From Eledone cirrhosa (taxonomy: Eukaryota), in contig OZ024744.1 in NCBI GenBank assembly GCA_964016885.1, positions 114,948,001 through 115,012,000 of the forward strand: a stretch of 64,000 nucleotides of DNA. The letters are read 5' to 3'. The notes below the pieces were generated by a model. It worked only from the letters and a program-made list of their open reading frames with translations, was not told the origin of the DNA and did not search any database. Position 1 is the stretch's first letter; each line of letters begins with the position of its first letter. Positions 12,401 to 21,400 of the stretch are shown piece after piece. The position numbers and the translations under genes were made by a program.

Positions 12401-15400
12401 ATTTCTGTTGTCTGACCTGTCGCTGTTGCTGCTGCGTTTGGTGTTGTCATTGTTTCTGTTGTCTGACTTGTCGCTGTTGCTGCTGCGGTTGGTGTTGTCA
12501 TCATTTCTGTTGTCTGACTTGTCGCTGTTGCTGCTGCGGTTGGTGTTGTCATCATTTCTGTTGTCTGACTTGTCGCTGTTGCTGCTGCGGTTGGTGTTGT
12601 CATTGTTTCTGTTGTCTGACTTGTCGCTGTTGCTGCTGCGGTTGGTGTTGTCATTGTTTCTGTTGTCTGACTTGTCGCTGTTGCTGCTGCAGTTGGTGTT
12701 GTCATCATTTCTGTTGTCTGACCTGTCGCTGTTGCTGCTGCGGTTGGTGTTGTCATCATTTCTGTTGTCTGACTTGTCGCTGTTGCTGCTGCGGTTGGTG
12801 TTGTCATTGTTTCTGTTGTCTGAGTTGTCGCTGTTGCTGCTGCGGTTGGTGTTGTCATCATTTCTGTTGTCTGTCTTGTCGCTGTTGCTGCTGTGGTTGG
12901 TGTTGTCATCATTTCTGTTGTCTGTCTTGTCACTGTTGCTGCTGCGGTTGGTGTTGTCATCATTTCTGTTGTCTGAGTTGTCGCTGTTGCTGCTGCGGTT
13001 GGTGTTGTCATTGTTTCTGTTGTCTGACCTGTCGCTGTTGCTGCTGCGGTTGGTGTTGTCATTGTTTCTGTTGTCTGTCTTGTCGCTGTTGCTGCTGTGG
13101 TTGGTGTTGTCATCATTTCTGTTGTCTGACTTGTCGCTGTTGCTGCTGCGGTTGGTGTTGTCATTGTTTCTGTTGTCTGTCTTGTCGCTGTTGCTGCTGT
13201 GGTTGGTGTTGTCATCATTTCTGTTGTCTGTCTTGTCGCTGTTGCTGCTGCGGTTGGTGTTGTCATCATTTCTGTTGTCTGAGTTGTCGCTGTTGCTGCT
13301 GCGGTTGGTGTTGTCATTGTTTCTGTTGTCTGTCTTGTCGCTGTTGCTGCTGTGGTTGGTGTTGTCATCATTTCTGTTGTCTGACTTGTCGCTGTTGCTG
13401 CTGCGGTTGGTGTTGTCATTGTTTCTGTTGTCTGTCTTGTCGCTGTTGCTGTTGCGGTTGGTGTTGTCATCATTTCTGTTGTCTGCCTTGTCGCTGTTGC
13501 TGCTGTGGTTGGTGTTGTCATCATTTCTGTTGTCTGACTTGTCGCTGTTGCTGCTGCGGTTGGTGTTGTCATCATTTCTGTTGTCTGTCTTGTCGCTGTT
13601 GCTGCTGCGGTTGGTGTTGTCATTGTTTCTGTTGTCTGACTTGTCGCTGTTGCTGCTGCGGTTGGTGTTGTCATCATTTCTGTTGTCTGTCTTGTCGCTG
13701 TTGCTGCTGCGGTTGGTGTTGTCATTGTTTCTGTTGTCTGACTTGTCGCTGTTGCTGCTGCGGTTGGTGTTGTCATCATTTCTGTTGTCTGACTTGTCGC
13801 TGTTGCTGCTGCGGTTGGTGTTGTCATTGTTTCTGTTGTCTGACTTGTCGCTGTTGCTGCTGCGGTTGGTGTTGTCATTGTTTCTGTTGTCTGACTTGTC
13901 GCTGTTGCTGCTGTGGTTGGTGTTGTCATCATTTCTGTAGTCTGTCTTGTCGCTGTTGCTGCTGCGGTTGGTGTTGTCATTGTTTCTGTTGTCTGACTTG
14001 TCGCTGTTGCTGCTGCGGTTGGTGTTGTCATCATTTCTGTTGTCTGACTTGTCGCTGTTGCTGCTGCGGTTGGTGTTGTCATTGTTTCTGTTGTCTGACT
14101 TGTCGCTGTTGCTGCTGCGGTTGGTGTTGTCATTGTTTCTGTTGTCTGACTTGTCGCTGTTGCTGCTGTGGTTGGTGTTGTCATCATTTCTGTTGTCTGT
14201 CTTGTCGCTGGTGCTGCTGCGGTTGGTGTTGTCATTGTTTCTGTTGTCTGACTTGTCGCTGTTGCTGCTGCGGTTGGTGTTGTCATTGTTTCTGTTGTCT
14301 GTCTTGTCGCTGTTGCTGCTGCGGTTGGTGTTGTCATCATTTCTGTTGTCTGACTTGTCGCTGTTGCTGCTGTGGTTGGTGTTGTCATCATTTCTGTTGT
14401 CTGACCTGTTGCTGCTGCGGTTGGTGTTGTCATCATTTCTGTTGTCTGAGTTGTCGCTGTTGCTGCTGCGGTTGGTGTTGTCATCATTTCTGTTGTCTGA
14501 CTTGTCGCTGTTGCTGCTGCAGTTGGTGTTGTCATTGTTTCTGTTGTCTGACTTGTCGCTGTTGCTGCTGTGGTTGGTGTTGTCATCATTTCTGTTGTCT
14601 GACCTGTCGCTGTTGCTGCTGCGGTTGGTGTTGTCATTGTTTCTGTTGTCTGACTTGTCGCTGTTGCTGCTGCGGTTGGTGTTGTCATCATTTCTGTTGT
14701 CTGACTTGTCGCTGTTGCTGCTGCGGTTGGTGTTGTCATCATTTCTGTTGTCTGACTTGTCGCTGTTGCTGCTGTGGTTGGTGTTGTCATCATTTCTGTT
14801 GTCTGACCTGTCGCTGTTGCTGCTGCGGTTGGTGTTGTCATTGTTTCTGTTGTCTGACTTGTCGCTGTTGCTGCTGCGGTTGGTGTTGTCATCATTTCTG
14901 TTGTCTGTCTTGTCGCTGTTGCTGCTGCGGTTGGTGTTGTCATTGTTTCTGTTGTCTGACTTGTCGCTGTTGCTGCTGCGGTTGGTGTTGTCATCATTTC
15001 TGTTGTCTGACTTGTCGCTGTTGCTGCTGCGGTTGGTGTTGTCATTGTTTCAGTTGTCTGACTTGTCGCTGTTGCTGCTGCGGTTGGTGTTGTCATTGTT
15101 TCTGTTGTCTGACTTGTCGCTGTTGCTGCTGTGGTTGGTGTTGTCATCATTTCTGTTGTTTGTCTTGTCGCTGTTGCTGCTGCGGTTGGTGTTGTCATTG
15201 TTTCTGTTGTCTGACTTGTCGCTGTTGCTGCTGCGGTTGGTGTTGTCATCATTTCTGTTGTCTGACTTGTCGCTGTTGCTGCTGTGGTTGGTGTTGTCAT
15301 CATTTCTGTTGTCTGACCTGTCGCTGTTGCTGCTGCGGTTGGTGTTGTCATTGTTTCTGTTGTCTGACTTGTCGCTGTTGCTGCTGCGGTTGGTGTTGTC

Positions 15401-18400
15401 ATCATTTCTGTTGTCTGACTTGTCGCTGTTGCTGCTGTGGTTGGTGTTGTCATTGTTTCTGTTGTCTGTCTTGTCGCTGTTGCTGTTGCGGTTGGTGTTG
15501 TCATCATTTCTGTTGTCTGTCTTGTCGCTGTTGCTGCTGTGGTTGGTGTTGTCATCATTTCTGTTGTCTGACTTGTCGCTGTTGCTGCTGTGGTTGGTGT
15601 TGTCATTGTTTCTGTTGTCTGACTTGTCGCTGTTGCTGCTGCGGTTGGTGTTGTCATCATTTCTGTTGTCTGACTTGTCGCTGTTGCTGCTGCGGTTGGT
15701 GTTGTCATCATTTCTGTTGTCTGACCTGTCGCTGTTGCTGCTGCGGTTGGTGTTGTCATCATTTCTGTTGTCTGTCTTGTCGCTGTTGCTGCTGTGGTTG
15801 GTGTTGTCATTGTTTCTGTTGTCTGACTTGTCGCTGTTGCTGCTGCGGTTGGTTTTGTCATTGTTTCTGTTGTCTGTCTTGTCGCTGTTGCTGCTGCGGT
15901 TGGTGTTGTCATTGTTTCTGTTGTCTGTCTTGTCGCTGTTGCTGCTGTGGTTGGTGTTGTCATCATTTCTGTTGTCTGACTTGTCGCTGTTGCTGCTGCG
16001 GTTGGTGTTGTCATTGTTTCTGTTGTCTGACTTGTCGCTGTTGCTGCTGCGGTTGGTGTTGTCATCATTTCTGTTGTCTGTCTTGTCTCTGTTGCTGCTG
16101 CGGTTGGTGTTGTCATCATTTCTGTTGTCTGAGTTGTCGCTGTTGCTGCTGCGGTTGGTGTTGTCATCATTTCTGTTGTCTGACTTGTCGCTGTTACTGC
16201 TGCGGTTGGTGTTGTCATCATTTCTGTTGTCTGACTTGTCGCTGTTGCTGCTGCGGTTGGTGTTGTCATCATTTCTGTTGTCTGACTTGTCGCTGTTGCT
16301 GCTGCGGTTGGTGTTGTCATTGTTTCTGTTGTCTGACTTGTCGCTGTTGCTGCTGCGGTTGGTGTTGTCATCGTTTCTGTTGTCTGAGTTGTCGCTGTTG
16401 CTGCTGCGGTTGGTGTTGTCATTGTTTCTGTTGTCTGACTTGTCGCTGTTGCTGCTGCGGCTGGTGTTGTCATCATTTCTGTTGTCTGTCTTGTCGCTGT
16501 TGCTGCTGCGGTTGGTGTTGTCATCATTTCTGTTGTCTGACTTGTCGCTGTTGCTGCTGCGGTTGGTGTTGTCATCATTTCTGTTGTCTGACTTGTCGCT
16601 GTTGCTGCTGTGGTTGGTGTTGTCATTGTTTCTGTTGTCTGACCTGTCGCTGTTGTTGCTGCAGTTGGTGTTGTCATCATTTCTGTTGTCTGACTTGTCG
16701 CTGTTGCTGCAGCGGTTGGTGTTGTCATCATTTCTGTTGTCTGACTTGTCGCTGTTGCTGCTGCGGTTGGTGTTGTCATCATTTCTGTTGTCTGTCTTGT
16801 CGCTGTTGCTGCTGCGGTTGGTGTTGTCATCATTTCTGTTGTCTGACTTGTCGCTGTTGCTGCTGCAGTTGGTGTTGTCATCATTTCTGTTGTCTGACTT
16901 GTCGCTGTTGCTGCTGCGGTTGGTGTTGTCATTGTTTCTGTTGTCTGACTTGTCGCTGTTGCTGCTGCGGTTGGTGTTGTCATCATTTCTGTTGTCTGAC
17001 TTGTCGCTGTTGCTGCTGCGGTTGGTGTTGTCATTGTTTCTGTTGTCTGACTTGTCGCTGTTGCTGCTGCGGTTGGTGTTGTCATTGTTTCTGTTGTCTG
17101 ACTTGTCGCTGTTGCTGCTGCGGTTGGTGTTGTCATCGTTTCTGTTGTCTGACTTGTCACTGTTGCTGCTGCGGTTGGTGTTGTCATCATTTCTGTTGTC
17201 TGACTTGTCGCTGTTGCTGCTGCGGCTGGTGTTGTCATCGTTTCTGTTGTCTGACTTGTCGCTGTTGCTGCTGCGGTTGGTGTTGTCATCGTTTCTGTTG
17301 TCTGACTTGTCGCTGTTGCTGCTGCGGTTGGTGTTGTCATCATTTCTGTTGTCTGTCTTGTCGCTGTTGCTGCTGCGGTTGGTGTTGTCATCATTTCTGT
17401 TGTCTGACTTGTCGCTGTTGCTGCTGCGGTTGGTGTTGTCATTGTTTCTGTTGTCTGACTTGTCGCTGTTGCTGCTGCGGTTGGTGTTGTCATCATTTCT
17501 GTTGTCTGACTTGTCGCTGTTGCTGCTGCGGTTGGTGTTGTCATTGTTTCTGTTGTCTGACTTGTCGCTGTTGCTGCTGCGGTTGGTGTTGTCATTGTTT
17601 CTGTTGTCTGACTTGTCGCTGTTGCTGCTGCGGTTGGTGTTGTCATCGTTTCTGTTGTCTGACTTGTCACTGTTGCTGCTGCGGTTGGTGTTGTCATCAT
17701 TTCTGTTGTCTGACTTGTCGCTGTTGCTGCTGCGGCTGGTGTTGTCATCGTTTCTGTTGTCTGACTTGTCGCTGTTGCTGCTGCGGTTGGTGTTGTCATC
17801 GTTTCTGTTGTCTGACTTGTCGCTGTTGCTGCTGCGGTTGGTGTTGTCATCATTTCTGTTGTCTGTCTTGTCGCTGTTGCTGCTGCGGTTGGTGTTGTCA
17901 TCATTTCTGTTGTCTGACTTGTCGCTGTTGCTGCTGCGGTTGGTGTTGTCATCATTTCTGTTGTCTGACTTGTCGCTGTTGCTGCTGCGGTTGGTGTTGT
18001 CATCATTTCTGTTGTCTGACTTGTCGCTGTTGCTGCTGCGGTTGGTGTTGTCATCGTTTCTGTTGTCTGACTTGTCGCTGTTGCTGCTGCGGTTGGTGTT
18101 GTCATCATTTCTGTTGTCTGACTTGTCGCTGTTGCTGCTGCGGTTGGTGTTGTCATTGTTTCTGTTGTCTGACTTGTCGCTGTTGCTGCTGCGGTTGGTG
18201 TTGTCATCATTTCTGTTGTCTGACTTGTCGCTGTTGCTGCTGCGGTTGGTGTTGTCATCATTTCTGTTGTCTGACTTGTCGCTGTTGCTGCTGCGGTTGG
18301 TGTTGTCATCATTTCTGTTGTCTGACCTGTCGCTGTTGCTGCTGCGGTTGGTGTTGTCATTGTTTCTGTTGTCTGACCTGTCGCTGTTGCTGCTGTGGTT

Positions 18401-21400
18401 GGTGTTGTCATCATTTCTGTTGTCTGACTTGTCGCTGTTGCTGCTGCGGTTGGTGTTGTCATTGTTTCTGTTGTCTGACTTGTCGCTGTTGCTGCTGCGG
18501 TTGGTGTTGTCATCATTTCTGTTGTCTGACTTGTCGCTGTTGCTGCTGCGGTTGGTGTTGTCATCATTTCTGTTGTCTGACTTGTCGCTGTTGCTGCTGC
18601 AGTTGGTGTTGTCATCATTTCTGTTGTCTGACTTGTCGCTGTTGCTGCTGTGGTTGGTGTTGTCATCATTTCTGTTGTCTGACTTGTCGCTGTTGCTGCT
18701 GCGGTTGGTGTTGTCATTGTTTCTGTTGTCTGACTTGTCGCTGTTGCTGCTGCGGTTGGTATTGTCATCATTTCTGTTGTCTGAGTTGTCGCTGTTGCTG
18801 CTGTGGTTGGTGTTGTCATTGTTTCTGTTGTCTGACCTGTCGCTGTTGCTGCTGCGGTTGGTGTTGTCATCATTTCTGTTGTCTGACTTGTCGCTGTTGC
18901 TGCTGCGGTTGGTGTTGTCATCATTTCTGTTGTCTGTCTTGTCGCTGTTGCTGCTGTGATTGGTGTTGTCATTGTTTCTGTTGTCTGACTTGTCGCTGTT
19001 GCTGCTGCGGTTGGTGTTGTCATTGTTTCTGTTGTCTGACTTGTCGCTGTTGCTGCTGCGGTTGGTGTTGTCATCATTTCTGTTGTCTGACTTGTCGCTG
19101 GTGCTGCTGCGGTTGGTGTTGTCATCATTTCTGTTGTCTGACTTGTCGCTGTTGCTGCTGCGGTTGGTGTTGTCATCATTTCTGTTGTCTGTCTTGTCGC
19201 TGTTGCTGCTGTGATTGGTGTTGTCATTGTTTCTGTTGTCTGACTTGTCGCTGTTGCTGCTGTGGTTGGTGTTGTCATTGTTTCTGTTGTCTGACTTGTC
19301 GCTGTTGCTGCTGCGGTTGGTGTTGTCATCATTTCTGTTGTCTGTCTTGTCGCTGTTGCTGCTGCGGTTGGTGTTGTCATTGTTTCTGTTGTCTGTCTTG
19401 TCGCTGTTGCTGCTGCGGTTGGTGTTGTCATTGTTTCTGTTGTCTGACTTGTCGCTGTTGCTGCTGCGGTTGGTGTTGTCATTGTTTCTGTTGTCTGACT
19501 TGTCGCTGTTGCTGCTGCGGTTGGTGTTGTCATCATTTCGGTTGTCTGACTTGTCGCTGTTGCTGCTGCGGTTGGTGTTGTCATCATTTCTGTTGTCTGA
19601 CTTGTCGCTGTTGCTGCTGCGGTTGGTGTTGTCATCATTTCTGTTGTCTGACCTGTCGCTGTTGCTGCTGCGGTTGGTGTTGTCATTGTTTCTGTTGTCT
19701 GACCTGTCGCTGTTGCTGCTGTGGTTGGTGTTGTCATCATTTCTGTTGTCTGACTTGTCGCTGTTGCTGCTGCGGTTGGTGTTGTCATTGTTTCTGTTGT
19801 CTGTCTTGTCGCTGTTGCTGCTGCGGTTGGTGTTGTCATTGTTTCTGTTGTCTGTCTTGTCGCTGTTGCTGCTGTGGTTGGTGTTGTCATCATTTCTGTT
19901 GTCTGACTTGTCGCTGTTGCTGCTGCGGTTGGTGTTGTCATCATTTCTGTTGTCTGACCTGTCGCTGTTGCTGCTGCGGTTGGTGTTGTCATCATTTCTG
20001 TTGTCTGACCTGTCGCTGTTGCTGCTGCGGTTGGTGTTGTCATTGTTTCTGTTGTCTGACTTGTCGCTGTTGCTGCTGCGGTTGGTGTTGTCATCATTTC
20101 TGTTGTCTGACTTGTCGCTGTTGCTGCTGCGGTTGGTGTTGTCATCATTTCTGTTGTCTGACTTGTCGCTGTTGCTGCTGCGGTTGGTGTTGTCATCATT
20201 TCTGTTGTCTGACTTGTCGCTGTTGCTGCTGCGGTTGGTGTTGTCATTGTTTCTGTTGTCTGTCTTGTCGCTGTTGCTGCTGCGGTTGGTGTTGTCATCA
20301 TTTCTGTTGTCTGACCTGTCGCTGTTGCTGCTGCGGTTGATGTTGTCATCATTTCTGTTGTCTGACCTGTCGCTGTTGCTGCTGCGGTTGGTGTTGTCAT
20401 CATTTCTGTTGTCTGACCTGTCGCTGTTGCTGCTGCGGTTGGTGTTGTCATCATTTCTGTTGTCTGACTTGTCGCTGTTGCTGCTGCGGTTGGTGTTGTC
20501 ATCATTTCTGTTGTCTGACTTGTCGCTGTTGCTGCTGCGGTTGGTGTTGTCATCATTTCTGTTGTCTGACTTGTCGCTGTTGCTGCTGCGGTTGTTGTTG
20601 TCATCATTTCTGTTGTCTGACTTGTCGCTGTTGCTGCTGCGGTTGGTGTTGTCATCATTTCTGTTGTCTGACTTGTCGCTGTTGCTGCTGCGGTTGGTGT
20701 TGTCATCATTTCTGTTGTCTGACTTGTCGCTGTTGCTGCTGCGGTTGGTGTTGTCATCATTTCTGTTGTCTGACTTGTCGCTGTTGCTGCTGCGGATGGT
20801 GTTGTCATCGTTTCTGTTGTCTGACTTGTCGCTGTTGCTGCTGTGGTTGGTGTTGTCATTGTTTCTGTTGTCTGTCCTGTCGCTGTTGCTGCTGCGGTTG
20901 GTGTTGTCATCATTTCTGTTGTCTGACTTGTCGCTGTTGCTGCTGCGGTTGGTGTTGTCATCATTTCTGTTGTCTGTCTTGTCGCTGTTGCTGCTGCGGT
21001 TGGTGTTGTCATCATTTCTGTTGTCTGACCTGTCGCTGTTGCTGCTGCGGTTGGTGTTGTCATTGTTTCTGTTGTCTGACTTGTCGCTGTTGCTGCTGCG
21101 GTTGGTGTTGTCATCATTTCTGTTGTCTGACTTGTCGCTGTTGCTGCTGCGGTTGGTGTTGTCATCATTTCTGTTGTCTGTCTTGTCGCTGTTGCTGCTG
21201 CGGTTGGTGTTGTCATTGTTTCTGTTGTCTGTCTTGTCGCTGTTGCTGCTGCGGTTGGTGTTGTCATTGTTTCTGTTGTCTGACTTGTCGCTGTTGCTGC
21301 TGCGGTTGGTGTTGTCATCATTTCTGTTGTCTGTCTTGTCGCTGTTGCTGCTGCGGTTGGTGTTGTCATTGTTTCTGTTGTCTGACTTGTCGCTGTTGCT

